Assembly (NCBI GenBank): GCA_964016885.1
Contig: OZ024749.1
Span: forward strand, 37,944,001-38,008,000
Length of the DNA stretch: 64,000 nt
Source of the DNA: Eledone cirrhosa
Lineage: Eukaryota
Reading direction: 5' to 3'
Positions 1-13,622 of the stretch are shown here, in pieces. The position numbers and the translations under genes are program-made. Each line of letters starts with the position of its first letter. Position 1 is the first letter of the stretch. The notes under the pieces were generated by a model. That model was not told the DNA's origin and made no database searches. It saw nothing but the letters and a program-made list of their open reading frames with translations.

Positions 1-267
1 TACGATGACTTTAATAATGAAATTAGGATGTGTGTGCGTATGCATGTATATATATATATGTGTATATATGCATGTATATATATATATGTGTGTGTGTATA
101 TATATATATATACACACACACACATATATATATATACATGCATATATACACATTCGGAATGTGGAATATGTACACATGCATATATACACATTCGGAATGT
201 GTATGTGTATATATGTGTATATATGTATATATGTGCATATATGTGTATATATGTGTATATATGTGTA

Positions 268-350
<83 letters not shown>

Positions 351-367
351 GCGTATATATATATATA

Positions 368-439
<72 letters not shown>

Positions 440-452
440 TATATATATATAT

Positions 453-533
<81 letters not shown>

Positions 534-584
534 CATATATACACATATATACACATATATACATATATACACATATATACACAT

Positions 585-619
<35 letters not shown>

Positions 620-1483
620 CAAGTGGAAGCCTAGTAAAATCGAAGCTTTAGCTGTGGCCAAGCTAACGACCTACAATTAGGAATGAGCAGTAAAGCACTC
701 AATAAGGTAGGCCTTAGAGTAATAACATACGTTTAGACAGCTTGACAGATTGAAAATTGCGGCAGGTAAACCTAGCCACACAATACCAAAAACAACTGAC
801 CTGGACATATCGAACGATATTTTGCAATACGTCCGATAGGTTTCTATGAACCCGAAATCTTCCATCCAGCTTACGTAATGTGTAAACCTGTGCTATTCCA
901 TGATCGAACAGAGGATTCACGTCATCAACAGGAAATGTCGTTCTATGCCTCAAACCGGTGTGGAATGTAACGCTGAACTGCTATCGTTGTGTTTCACTGT
1001 TACGTGTTATTTCTAACAAGGGAAGTAACCCCCGGTTTTTAGCGGGTAAATTCAAAGTGTGAACAAAGAAAATCAATTCCGTTCCACATTCCGAATGAAA
1101 AGCTCTCGACTAGACGTTATTAAACAAACATAAATGATTAACCAATCAATGGAATTATCTAATTAAATCAATTAGTCAATAATTAAGTCTAGGAGATAAT
1201 AATTGTTTCTACGTTTGGCACAAGGCCAGCAATTTATTTTATCGACCCCGTTAATACAAGTGGATGCTTAGTAAAATCGAAGCTTTGGTTGTGGCCAAGC
1301 TAACGACCTAAAATTAGGAATGAGTAGCAAAGCACTCAATAAGGTAGGTCTTAGAGTAATAACATACGTTTAGACAGCTTGACAGATTGAAAATTGCGGT
1401 AGGTAAACCTAGCCACACAATACCAAAAACAACGAAAAAACTAATCAGGTTAGACAACTGATCTGGACATATCGAACGATATT
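620..1483. mobile_element. Unclassified repeat with ~210-bp direct repeats (620-830 and 1257-1483), Penelope-like remnant
   Basis: The block caagtgga..tagtaaaatcgaagcttt..ctggacatatcgaacgatattt occurs twice with high similarity. It is flanked by (TA)n/(CA)n. A 16-bp inverted echo of 1082-1097 (ttccacattccgaatg) lies at ~151-166. Confidence 0.5.
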
Positions 1484-1585
1484 TTATATACACATATACA
1501 TACATACACGTAAACATCCACATATATACTCCTTCCTAAACACATACACATATATATGCACACACACACACACACACACACACAC

Positions 1586-1669
<84 letters not shown>

Positions 1670-1865
1670 GTGTGTGTGTGTGTGGGTGTGGGCATACAAC
1701 TAGTATACCATTTACTACTCTATGATTCAATGTGTGGGCAATTCAGATAATCGAAAAACTGGAATATTTATCTCGTTGAAACTCATTAGTGTTTGATACA
1801 GTGCTGGGTTAACTTGAAGGAAAGGGGCGTCGCTTAATAATTAGAGGGTTCGACTCACAACCATA

Positions 1866-2120
1866 ACCAAGGTTCTATTGCACGTCGGGCTGAGGGGGGG
1901 GCCAAACTCTCCAAATACCGGTCGCTCTCCGACAGGTTTGCGGTCGAACCCTTGGCAGTGGAGACTACTGGTGTCCTCGGCCCTAGGGCAACCTCCCTAC
2001 TCACCACCATAGGAGCTGAGCTGGCCAGCCGCAGGTGTTAACCTCGCGAGTTGGAATGGCTCTTCCAGCGCGTCTCCCTCTCCGTCTTCCGGGGGAAACG
2101 CCTTCTCCATTCTGTCCCCC
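1866..2120 (+). mobile_element. CRE-clade non-LTR retrotransposon, C-terminal RLE domain fragment (decayed)
   Basis: Manual translation: QGSIARRAEGGAKLSKYRSLSDRFAVEPLAVETTGVLGPRATSLLTTIGAELASRRC*PRELEWLFQRVSLSVF, then a frameshift, then RGNAFSIL. This matches the CRE C-terminal pattern K..KY...P.AVET.G..G....QR.S....RGNA. Confidence 0.8.
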
Positions 2121-2591
2121 GAGGCTGTGGGGAGGCCATGAGTATAATTGACTGACTTGTAATTTTATCAGTCAACACAGAAATTCCTGCCCAGGTTCTA
2201 ACCCTACATTTGTCCCTGTAAATATTTCACCAAAGTTAACCATAAGGTGATGAGTTTGATTTCCAGCGACAGTGGCGTGTTTTGTCATTGAGCATGAAAA
2301 TACATTTCACATTGACGATATATTTCATATTGCTTCATTCTGCTAAGCAGGACAAAAATGAGATGTACCTGTATTTGAAAGGTCAGCCTTGTTAAATAGT
2401 TAAATACCGTCACTGTAAATCTGAATATTTAAATTAACGGTGCACGCGTCTCTGCAGTACTGTTTCTATTATCTGTTTATTTCCTTACCAGGCTGTTCTG
2501 TTGTTCGAACAACTGGAACATACTTCGTCACAACTGACGGGGTCCCAGTATGGGGGAGGGCACAGATTAGCTTCGTAACTCCACTACTGAC

Positions 2592-2877
2592 AACCACCAC
2601 CACCACTACAACAACAACAACAACAACAACGATAACAACTACACCACACTTCCACTACACACCCAACACCACAACCATCACCACCACCATTACCACAAAC
2701 AACATCACCATTGCACTACCACTACACCGACCAGCCACCATCACCAACACCACCACCATCAAATACGTTATCATCAACACCACCACCACCACCACCACCA
2801 CCAATACCAACACTACAATCACCTCCAAAACCAGCAACACTCCCATCAACACCACCATCACCATTAACACTATCACC

Positions 2878-2909
<32 letters not shown>

Positions 2910-3140
2910 TAACACCAGCACCACCACCACCACCATTATCACCATCAACACCACCACCACCATTAACACTATCACCACCACCACCACCACCACCACCACC
3001 ATTAACACCATCAACACCACCACCACCATTACCACCATTAACACCATCAACACCACCACCAGCACCAACAATGACATGTCCAACACCAGCAATAGCACCA
3101 CCACCACCAGCAGCATCAACAACAACAACAACAACATGAA
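2592..3140. repeat. (ACC/AAC)n-derived low-complexity repeat
   Basis: Degenerate trinucleotide tract, source of the Thr/Pro/Val pseudo-ORFs. Confidence 0.9.
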
Positions 3141-3315
3141 AACAACAATGAAATCACCTCCCCCACCGCATCAGTAATCAACGTCTACCCCACCACCCCA
3201 TCACAACACCCCACTAAACCTCAACAATACCAATAAAAGGGGTGGGTGGGAGTTAACATGTGCTGACGACATCTCTCGCTGTTGGCTCTTTGTGTTGTGG
3301 TGAAATATATATATA

Positions 3316-4295
3316 ATGATGGTGCTAATGGTGGTGGTGGTAGTAGTGGTGGTGGTGGTGGAGGTGGTGGTGGTGGTGGTGGTGGTGGTGGTGGTGGTGC
3401 TAATGATGGTGTTAGTAGTGGTGGTGGTAGTGATAATGATGGTGCTAGTGGTGTTGATGGTGTTGGTGGTGGTGGTAGTGGTGGTGGTGTTAGTGGTGGT
3501 GTTGTTGTTGGTGTTGATGGTGGCGGTGATGGTGGTGGTGGTGGTGGTGGTGGTGTTAGTGGTGGTGTTGTTGTTGGTGTTGATGGTGGCGGTGATGGTG
3601 GTGGTGGTGGTGGTGGTGGTGTTAGTGGTGGTGTTGTTGTTGGTGTTGATGGTGGCGGTGATGGTGGTGTTAGTGGTGGTGTTAGTGGTGGTGTTGTTGT
3701 TGGTGTTGATGGTGGCGGTGATGGTGGTGTTGTTGTTGGTGTTGATGGTGGTGGTGGTGGTGGTGGTGGTGGTGTTAGTGGTGGTGTTGTTGTTGGTGTT
3801 GATGGTGGCGGTGATGGTGGTGTTAGTGGTGGTGTTAGTGGTGGTGTTAGTGGTGGTGTTGTTGTTGGTGTTGATGGTGGCGGTGATGGTGGTGTTGTTG
3901 TTGGTGTTGATGGTGGTGGTGATGGTGGTAGTGGTGGTGTTGTTGTTGACAGTGGTGGTGGTGGTGGTAGTGGTTTTGTTAGTAGTGGTGGTGGTAGTGA
4001 TAATGATGGTGCTAGTGGTGTTGATGGTGTTGGTGGTGGTGGTGGTGGTGGTGGTAGTGGTGGTGGTAGTGGTGGTGTTGATGGTGGTGATGGTGGTGGT
4101 GGTGGTGTTAGTAGTGGTGGTGGTGGTAGTGATAATGATGGTGCTAGTGGTGTTGATGGCGTTTGTGATGGTGATTGTAGTGGTGATGTTGTTGTTGGTG
4201 TTGATGATGGTGGTGGTGGTGGTGGTGGTGGTGGTGGTGGCGGTGGTGATGGTGGTGGTGGTGGTGTTAGTAGTGGCGATGGTGATGGTGTTGGT
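3316..4295. repeat. (GGT)n-derived compound tandem repeat
   Basis: Recurrent sub-units such as gttagtggtggtgttgttgttggtgttgatggtggcggtgat. Confidence 0.9.
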
Positions 4296-4690
4296 ATTAA
4301 TCGTACTAGAAACTGTAGTTGATGTATATATGTATATTTATATATATATATATATATGTATATGTGTGTGTGTGTATGTATGTGTACGTACACATGTACA
4401 GTGTATATGTGTGTATGCATGAGTGTTTTCATGCGGATATATGTGTATGCATGTCTATGTATATATACATGTATATGCATGTATTCGTATGTGTGTATGC
4501 GTAGTTTTAGTGGAGATTTATTTGATTCCTTCTGGTTGATTGTTTAATGTTAAAAGTTCTGTTTGTGATAAATGGTTTGAGGGAGAGACTGAGAGCCGGA
4601 GTGATAGAGAGAGTGACAATAAGGTAATGTGAGGGGGAGGGAGCGAGAGGCAATGATATAATGTGAGGGGTGTAAAAGAGATGTTATATG

Positions 4691-4775
<85 letters not shown>

Positions 4776-5005
4776 AAAGGACATGGTTACGAGTGTAAGA
4801 ATGATTTCTACAGCTCTAGTACTGTTTTATTGAGTTGTGGAGTCACTGGTTTGTTTTATTAGATGTATTGAAAATGAGAGAGACTGTGACAATTCTCTTT
4901 CACTAGCTTCATATGCCTAATTATCTCTCTCTATATATATATATTTAGAGAGAGAGAGAGAGAGAGAGAGTGAGAGAGAGAGAGAGAGAGAGACAGTGAG
5001 TGAGA

Positions 5006-5049
<44 letters not shown>

Positions 5050-5065
5050 GAGAGAGAGAGAGAGT

Positions 5066-5198
5066 TGTATCCCGGGTTCAATTGGGGGTAACCACAGTAA
5101 GCAAGGTACTCAATACATAGCAAGGTATAAATATTTAATATAGAAATGGCTTCTACAGAACTAGAACTGTTTCATTCGAAGGGCTTTCCTGATGATTT

Positions 5199-5200
<2 letters not shown>
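5066..5200 (-). mobile_element. Short Penelope-like element end (family D); related copies at 33995-34110 (+) and 60080-60142 (-)
   Basis: tatcccgggttcaat..ggtaaccacagtaagcaaggtactcaa..tataaatatttaatatagaaat..ttctacag..ctagaactgtttcattcg is the reverse complement of 34008-34107. The copies abut microsatellites. Confidence 0.6.
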
Positions 5201-5262
<62 letters not shown>

Positions 5263-5281
5263 ATATATGTATATATATATA

Positions 5282-6022
5282 TATTGTTATAGTTGGGGAG
5301 GGTCATATTGCCAGAAATAATAACAGAACACACTCACTGTTTGGTTGGTTTTCGCTTCTGCATCCAACAGGTAGGCAAATCAGAGACGCGAGTGAAATAG
5401 ACATTAAAAAACCAAAGTTAAACAGAAAAAATGAATGGAATAACAACAACAACCATACCCAAACAAACAATACTGACTTAAGAGAAATATAAATAAATAA
5501 ATATATATATACACAAGTACAATAACAACAAACACATATAAACACACACTAGTAAACAAAAATAGATTACAAAAACCAAAACACATACACCCAAACGCGA
5601 ACACACACACCAAACATTATACACACACGCAAACGCATGCGCAGAGGCGGAGACAAAAATAATTAAATAAATTAAATTAAAATGGCGTGAACATTACAAT
5701 ACATCACAATATGAGGAAACATGATAATAGTACCACTGATGATGTTGCAGATGTGCAACGAAAGAACTTTCTTAGACTATATATATATATTTATATCTGT
5801 ATTTTTAACCCTTGGTCAGTCAATGATAAACATTAATTGCCAAATAAATTAACTATGGAGATATAAAATATGCAGAAGCGAAAACCAACCAAACAGTGAG
5901 TGTGTTCTGTTATTATTTCTGGCAATATTATTACAACAATATGACCCTCCCCAAGTATAACGATATTTGTTTCGACACACGATTTCATATAAAAAATCTT
6001 GCAAAACAAATTCATTGCCGTT
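5282..6022 (+). mobile_element. Non-autonomous Penelope-like element (family C): inverted arm, body, arm and ~55-nt tail, in (TA)n
   Basis: 5282-5363 is inverted relative to ~5870-5965, followed by the tail tttgtttcgacacacg...gccgt and (TA)n. A related copy is at 49422-49600. An internal CTGATGA-stem-GAAA motif lies at 5736-5763. Confidence 0.65.
5736..5771 (+). ncRNA. Partial hammerhead-like core
   Basis: CTGATGA t GTTGCA gatg TGCAAC GAAA gaactttc: both core boxes and a perfect 6-bp stem II. Stem I could not be paired convincingly. Confidence 0.4.
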
Positions 6023-6034
6023 ATATATATATTT

Positions 6035-6153
<119 letters not shown>

Positions 6154-6243
6154 CGTGTGTGTGTGGAATAGGAGTTACATGTGTTACTATATATTATATT
6201 ATTTTATTACGTGAGAGGAGAAAAGTGTGATCCTCTGTGTGTA

Positions 6244-6329
<86 letters not shown>

Positions 6330-6523
6330 TGAGTGAGTGTGTATATGTGTGTGTATGTGTGTATGTGTGTACAAAAAGAAAAAAATAGCTAAGCTAAATA
6401 AGATAGGAGAAGGATGAGGTAGACGAGGTAACTTGGTGTTGATGATATGAGGTCACGTGTTTGTTGAAAATATACATAAGGGATAGAATAAGCGGGTGTA
6501 TATGTGTTTGTGATAGTGTGTGC

Positions 6524-6577
<54 letters not shown>

Positions 6578-6908
6578 AAGTGTCAGATATGTGTGTATAG
6601 TTAATTGGGGAGAGAAAGACATAGGGTTGTGTGTATGTACACGTGTGCATGTGTATGGGTGTGTCATTGTATGGAGTGTGTGCGGAGAGAAAGCTGGAGA
6701 CAGAGAGAGAGGTAACGTGACAGACATGCGTACACAGCTAATTGGAGAGAAAGACAAGGGAGTTAACTGCAATGACAGAAAATGAGATGACTAGCTAATT
6801 ACATTGATTGACATATAATAAAATTCATAAATTATAAGTTGGTGCGTTGTGAGGTAAAACATACACACATATAACAAATAAGCACATACACACAGATGTA
6901 TATTGAAT

Positions 6909-7063
<155 letters not shown>

Positions 7064-7101
7064 AAGCCAGTGTTAATGCCCGATGGCTAAAAACGGCTTA
7101 C

Positions 7102-7159
<58 letters not shown>

Positions 7160-7160
<1 letters not shown>

Positions 7161-7260
7161 CTGAAGAGAACACATTTATTAAAATAACAGATTAAAGTTT
7201 AAGCAAAGAATCGCTGCTTTCACCCTTTGGATTTTAGTCTTCAATTTTTTATTATTACTA
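7160..7260. mobile_element. Rearranged fragment of the repeat family at 10564-10930
   Basis: atttattaaaataacagattaaagtttaagcaaagaatcgctgctttcaccct is identical to ~10654-10706. The following ttggattttagtcttcaa..ttattacta is the inverse of 10564-10598. Confidence 0.65.
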
Positions 7261-7268
7261 TATATATG

Positions 7269-7438
<170 letters not shown>

Positions 7439-7443
7439 CATAC

Positions 7444-7518
<75 letters not shown>

Positions 7519-7633
7519 TATATGTGTGTATGGGTGTGTCATTGTATGGAGTGTGTGCGGAGAGAAAGAGGGAGACAGAGAGAAAGAGAGAGAGAGAGAG
7601 AGAAAGTGGGGGTATGGGGAGAGGGGTAGGGGG

Positions 7634-7667
<34 letters not shown>

Positions 7668-8185
7668 GTTGCGTAAGAGACTGAGAAAGAAAACTTTTTT
7701 TTTGTTTTTTTGGGGTGTTTTTTTTTTTTTTTCACTCTATACTTTTGTAAGTGATAGTGATAAAGGAGTGCAGTGAGTATTAGATTCTAGAAGTTTCTAG
7801 TGATTGTAAGTTCATGAAAACTGTGCTGTCAATGTGAGGACAGAGCTGCCATTTGACTGTGGCTAGCGGAAGGAAGTGGTTGCAACAACGCTATCCATGC
7901 CTTTACAACCATTTGTCATTAGAAGCCAACTGCTTGTTCATTGGTCGGTGGTAAAGAGTGCATCGGATATGTTGCAGTTCATCATTCGTGAAGTCTCTGT
8001 TTCCACCGTCCCGTGTGTATGCATGCATGCATGTGTGCGTGTGTGTGTGTGTGTGTGTGCGTGCGTGTGTGTGTGTGCATGTGTGTGTGCGCGTTTGTGT
8101 GTGTGCGTTTGTGTGTTTGTGTGTGTGCGTTTGTGTGTTTGTGTGTGTGCGTGTGTTTCTGTGTGTGTGTTTATGTGTTTAGGAC

Positions 8186-8875
8186 AGATATGTTTCTTTA
8201 TTAGCCACAGTGGCACAAAAGAAGGGGACAAATACAAACGGGGAAGTTTACATACAATAAAAACGTGTAAAATGTTATCACAAATGCAATTTAAAAAATT
8301 AGTCGATTTTCCCCAATAAGGGGAGACAGTTCATATGGGTAACACATACCCCCGAAAAAGTGTGCAACCCTCATCTCCCGGAGTACGAAGAGTTTGTACT
8401 CCTTTCCTCTCCTCCTCGTTTTCCTCAACCTACAGGCTGATATAGAGAGAAGGCCCATTCACTCGGGCCATTCTCGCCACTTTCATAAAACTTGCTGGGG
8501 TACAGCACCTCTCTCTCCATCCTGATTCTTCTTCTTCCAAAGTGGTATTTGAAAAAAAGAATCAGTTGTTGGCCGGAGAGAAAGGTGTCTAACCTCATCC
8601 CTTTCAACCTTGTCCACCATACAACCTCTTTCGCCATAGCTATAACACAAAGGAAAACCGCCTCTCCTTCGTTTTTGAAGGAGGGTGGCGGTTTTATCAT
8701 GACAATAGACTCGGTGGTCAACCGGATTGGTCCCACCCGTGACAATAGTCGTTCTACATAGCCCCACAGGTCAGTGACGCCCGGGCAGTGTATGAATGCG
8801 TGCGCGACGGTTTCTTCGTTACGCACGCACCTCGGACAGATCTTTTTTGCAGATAGATAGGCACATAGTCAGACA
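8186..8875 (-). mobile_element. Tx1/L1-clade LINE 3' end (zinc-finger region and 3'UTR)
   Basis: Translation ..CPRCVRNEETVAHAFIHCPGVTDLWGYVERLL..AKEVVWWTR is a CCHC zf-RVT-type region. It ends in AATAAAGAAAC and is homologous to the 3' part of 22481-24105. Confidence 0.8.
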
Positions 8876-8900
8876 GAAAAATATGAAACATACATATATA

Positions 8901-9193
8901 CATGGTGGCTGGCAAATCGTTTTCGAGTACGGCCACCCTTTATATCCATGTAGGAGAACCCCTACCGATGCGCTGAACGAGTGTGACTTTTTAGTCCAGC
9001 CACGGACTTGAAAACTCTGGTACAAACACTACACTTGTGACAATTATTGACACATAGTGCTGGGCCCATGGTACCATGTGACGACAAGTGCAGAGAGATC
9101 TCCAGATATAAAGCAATGCCTGTGCCGTGAAGCTTTTATAGTGAGTAAAGGCACTGCACAAAGCCAGTCCCACTCTCTTAACCAAGATGATAT
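8901..9193 (-). mobile_element. Unclassified retroposon with (ATGT)n tail, copy 1
   Basis: Nearly identical to 21991-22284. Both copies end in ...ccaccatg(tatg)n. Confidence 0.65.
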
Positions 9194-9486
9194 TTACATA
9201 CATACATATATACATGTATTCACACACATACACACACATATATATATATGTCTGTGTATGTGTGTGTGTGTTTAAACGTAAGTATATGTGTACATATACA
9301 CAAACATGTATATACAAACATTGTAAGTTTATATATATATATATATACATATATACATGCACACATATATATAAGTATATATAGATATGTATGTATACAT
9401 ATATGCACATATAACCTATACATACGTATATATAAATACACACACACGCACACACACATATATATAAGTGTGTGTGTGTGTGTGTA

Positions 9487-9632
9487 AACGACTGGCTTCT
9501 GGAGTTTCTGTCTGTCTACCCAATTCGACTCACAAGCCATTTGCCAAAACGAGGCTTTAGTATAAGACACTTGCCCAAGGTGCCAGGCTGAGGGACTGAA
9601 CCCTAATTCAAGTGATTGTGAAGCAAACTCCT
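9487..9632 (-). mobile_element. tRNA-derived CORE-type SINE (degenerate)
   Basis: The reverse complement contains ggttcagtccc (B-box-like), ccttgggcaagtgtctt (CORE-like) and gtagacagacagaaact..gaagcc. Confidence 0.6.
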
Positions 9633-9674
9633 TCTTCGGGGCTTCCATTACAGTTTTTGGCGGTGGGGAGGGGT

Positions 9675-10026
<352 letters not shown>

Positions 10027-10065
10027 TCTTCTACCTGGAGTTGCGACCGATAGATAGTACTAGCA

Positions 10066-10196
10066 ATTGGAAAGACCAGTGGAAACATTGTTTCCTCGGT
10101 CCGATTTGACGAAAGTTGATAATTCAATATATATATATGATCAACTTTCGTCAAATCGGACCGAGGAAACAATGTTTTCTTTGGTCTTTCAAAATG
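10066..10196. repeat. Inverted repeat (~55-bp arms) around a short (TA)n
   Basis: gaaacattgtttcctcggtccgatttgacgaaagttgat / atcaactttcgtcaaatcggaccgaggaaacaatgttt. Confidence 0.85.
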
Positions 10197-10203
10197 CTAA
10201 TAC

Positions 10204-10260
<57 letters not shown>

Positions 10261-10529
10261 ATAATAGGCGAGTGAGCAATGTGGCAACATGCTATACTAC
10301 TCCGTCTCTGGGTCAAAAACATAGCACACACTTTCTCCTCTCTGTTTTTCTTTGCTTGTTTTCTTAAAGTTTACCATAATTCCGTTGGCATACATCTATT
10401 AGGCAGTTTACAGCTGATGAGATCAGCGAGTTCTTACGCAACCTGGCCACTGAAATGTGCATAGTGTGTAGAGTAATAAAAAAAAATAATTAAAGAAATT
10501 CAAAATATTTGGCCTCCTGTCATTTCACT

Positions 10530-10568
<39 letters not shown>

Positions 10569-11139
10569 ATAATAATAAATTTGAAGACTAAAATCCAAAG
10601 AGGGCTCGATAAGGATAAATATATATCAAATATATAAGAACCGTAGAGCAAATATTTATTAAAATAACAGATTAAAGTTTAAGCAAAGAATCGCTGCTTT
10701 CACCCTTAATGACGTATTATATTCGTTTTTTCCCGTTCTTAGCCAGCGAACGTTTCCACGAACCAAAGTATCGTCTTCGTGTCTTCCCTCCTTGCTGTGA
10801 AAATAAACTCTCACAAATTATGTAAGTTTGTACCGAATTGTTTCTAGTTCAAATACTTATTTTAGCGATCTCTTTTTCACGAAGTGGTAGATTATCTAAC
10901 ATAAACACAGCCAAAGAAATCTGTAAACACAATCACGGATACCCCCCTCCCCCCACACACACACACGACCTGGGTGTATCGTGGTGGTGGTTGTAGTAGT
11001 AATAGTAGTAGTAGTAGTAGTATGCTATCTGACCCTCCCTTGTACATCAATGAAGTACACCCATGAAGTACACCAATATGTATGCGTCTAACTGTGTTTT
11101 ATACGCGGACGTGTGTTCGTTTTTGTGTGTGTGAGTGTG

Positions 11140-11421
11140 TGAGTGTGTATATGCTACTAGGTGTATTAATGTTTATGCGTTTATATATATATGTGTGTGT
11201 GTGTGCGTGTACGAGTGCATATATGTGTGGGTACACGTTTGCGAATATGTATGTCTGAATCTGTGTAAATCTAAGTGTGTGTGTATATGCTACTAGGTGT
11301 ATTAATATGTGTGTGTTTATATATATGTGTGTGTGAGTGTATGTGTGTGTGTGTGTGCATGAATTTGTGTAAATCTAAGTGTGTGTGTATATGCTACTAG
11401 GTGTATTAATGTGTGAGCGTT

Positions 11422-11463
<42 letters not shown>

Positions 11464-11552
11464 CATGAATTTGTGTGAATCTAAGTGTGTGTGTGTGTGT
11501 GTGCGTGCGCGTGTGTGTGTGTGTGCTACTATGTGTATTAATGTTTCTGCGC

Positions 11553-11631
<79 letters not shown>

Positions 11632-11680
11632 CTACTAGGTGTATTAATGTTTGTGCGCGTTTATATATATATCTGTGTGT
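11140..11680. repeat. Diverged ~120-bp tandem repeat
   Basis: tgctactaggtgtattaat recurs at ~11152, 11288, 11392, 11524 and 11630. Confidence 0.8.
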
Positions 11681-11793
11681 GTAGGTGTGTGTGCTGCTGC
11701 TAGGTGTTTAAGTGAAATATAGGAGATAAAAGAGAATTGGTAACCGAAATCACTTCACCCCTCCCATTAACCTCCCCTTCCCTTTCATTAACG

Positions 11794-12015
11794 TCCCACG
11801 TACCCCATTCTCTACTCCCACTTCCCCCCCTCTCTCCACCCCCACTTTCCAACCCTCCACCTCTCACACACATCCCACGTACCCCCTCTCCACCCCCACT
11901 TTCCAACCCTCCACCACTCACACACATCCCACGTACCCCCTCTCCACTCCCACTTTCCCACCCTCCACCTCTCACACACATCCCACGTAGCCCACCCCCA
12001 TCTCCACTCCCACTC
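11794..12015. repeat. C-rich ~52-57-bp minisatellite (G4-prone on the - strand)
   Basis: Unit cccacgtaccccctctccacccccactttccaaccctccacctctcacacacat, about 4 copies. Confidence 0.8.
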
Positions 12016-12359
12016 CCCCCCCCCTCCTTGTCTCAGCCCCGCCTCCGCTTCATCATCTCGTTAGAAAATATTCTGACAATGATAGATGGAAGGTATGGTT
12101 GACTGATTAAGGAAGAGGAAAGTAGAGAGGAAGTATATAGGAGGGAGTAGGAGGAGTAGGAGGAGGGGGATATTGAGTGAGGGAAGGTGTGAGGACAGTC
12201 ATACTTCAGTGATTCCAGTCTGTCAGCAGTTTATGTCAAGGTTCACCGGGTTTAAGTGACTTAGTGCTGGTGTTGATTCCTTAATCTGACAAAAAAACGA
12301 AAAAACAAAAAATTAAAAAAACTAACCACAACACAAGAGTAACAACAACAACAATAGTG

Positions 12360-12560
12360 GTTTTTTATATAGGCACAAGGCCAGCAATTTTGGGAGAAGG
12401 GGAAAGTCGATTAAATTCGACCCATTGCCTGACTGGTACTTTATTTTATCGACCCCGTAATGATGAAAGGCAAAGTTAACCTCAGATCATAAAGGGCCGT
12501 AACTCTATGCTGCAAAGCATGGTGTCCGACCCTCTACCGATACTGCCAATCCACCACCCT
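12360..12560 (-). mobile_element. tRNA-derived SINE with Meta-type core (octopus high-copy family)
   Basis: ggcacaaggccagcaatt..actggtactttattttatcgacccc..gatgaaaggcaaagttaacctc..gtccgaccctctaccgatactgccaatccacc. Confidence 0.8.
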
Positions 12561-12736
12561 CACACACAACAGAAACAATATTAACTAGAATAACTAGAAT
12601 AATCACAAGAACAATAACCTCAGCCACAACAATACACCACAACAACGACACCAACAACATGAACTACAGCAACGTCAACAAGGGGAATAATCATATCAAC
12701 AGCAACATGAAAAGCTATACGTAGTGACTATGATTG

Positions 12737-13186
12737 CTAGAAATAGCAATCTATTTGCCTCCAAATCATAGCTATTTCTCTTTAAAAAATGAAAGTTTCA
12801 TTTATCAATGTAGTTCTAGATAGACGGGATGGTAATGGTTGGAACTTCTTTGATTACAGACCTGCTGAGTTTCGGCTGATCTGAGACTAAACAACAATAC
12901 CTACGACAATAACAACAACAGCAATTTATTTTGTGGTTAGAATGTCTCAGGAAAGAAAGTTCAGTCCGATACTATAGGCATGTGATTAGAATGTCTCAGG
13001 AATGAATCGCGGGACAGATTTTAGGGGCAAACCTAACCAGCAGGACAACCAGTAGCGGGCCATGAGCAAGATGATTGGATAACATCCATGAGATTGGCTG
13101 GTCTCACTTGGGGATCCAGCCGGATCAGTTGGAGACGATTGCTTCTGACAGGACCCACTGGAAGGCGTGTTTGAGGACTCTGTCCC
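12737..13186 (+). mobile_element. SINE-like repeat (12737-12930) joined to an RTE LINE ORF C-terminal fragment (12935-13186)
   Basis: Translation RMSQE..IAGQIL..AR*LDNIHEIGWSHLGIQPDQLETIASDRTHWK is an RTE C-terminus (A.DR..W). The same composite occurs inverted at 40323-40733. Confidence 0.7.
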
Positions 13187-13257
13187 TTTATCAGTGAAGG
13201 TAAGATCGATTTTGTTATGTCAAGCCAGGAACACTTTAGCGTTGGTTATTGATTGAA

Positions 13258-13448
13258 GGGCGGTGGATTGGCAGTATCGGTAGAGGGTCAGACACCATGC
13301 TTTCCAGCATAGTTACGTCCCTTTACGATCTGAGTTCAAATCCCGCCGAGGTTGACTTTGCCTTTCATCCTTACGGGGTCGATAAAATAAAGTACCAGTA
13401 ATGCACTGGGTAATTGCTGGCCTTGTGCCTAAAGTAGAAACAGTTATT
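13258..13448 (+). mobile_element. Full-length Meta-type tRNA SINE
   Basis: ggcggtggattggcagtatcggtagagggtc, B box gagttcaaatccc, core tttgcctttcatccttacggggtcgataaaataaagtaccag, tail ..gtagaaacagttatt. Confidence 0.85.
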
Positions 13449-13533
13449 GATTGAAGTTTGTAAAAGCAGTAAGCTTTAGTCGAAGTTATCCTTTCAAATC
13501 TTAAATCTCACACTAAGAAGAGGAAACATAACA

Positions 13534-13600
13534 CAGCGGTCGCTAAACGGTGGTCCGAGAGAAAAGTTTGGTGGTCCGCAGAAAAATTTGGACATTATTT
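13534..13600 (+). mobile_element. hAT/Charlie-like terminal fragment
   Basis: cagcggtcgctaaacggtggtccg..tggtggtccgcag resembles hAT MITE termini. Confidence 0.35.
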
Positions 13601-13622
13601 GCAATTTTTATTTTTTATTAAT

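Noticed and set aside
3221-4480. Gly-rich, Pro-rich and Val-rich ORFs
   Set aside because: (GGT)n low-complexity artefact.
10735-10800. Hammerhead-like GAAACGTT motif on the - strand
   Set aside because: No CUGANGA box, and too degenerate to support.
13258-13360. tRNA genes suggested by B-box GAGTTCAAATCCC
   Set aside because: These are SINE heads followed by core and tail, and no full cloverleaf was found.
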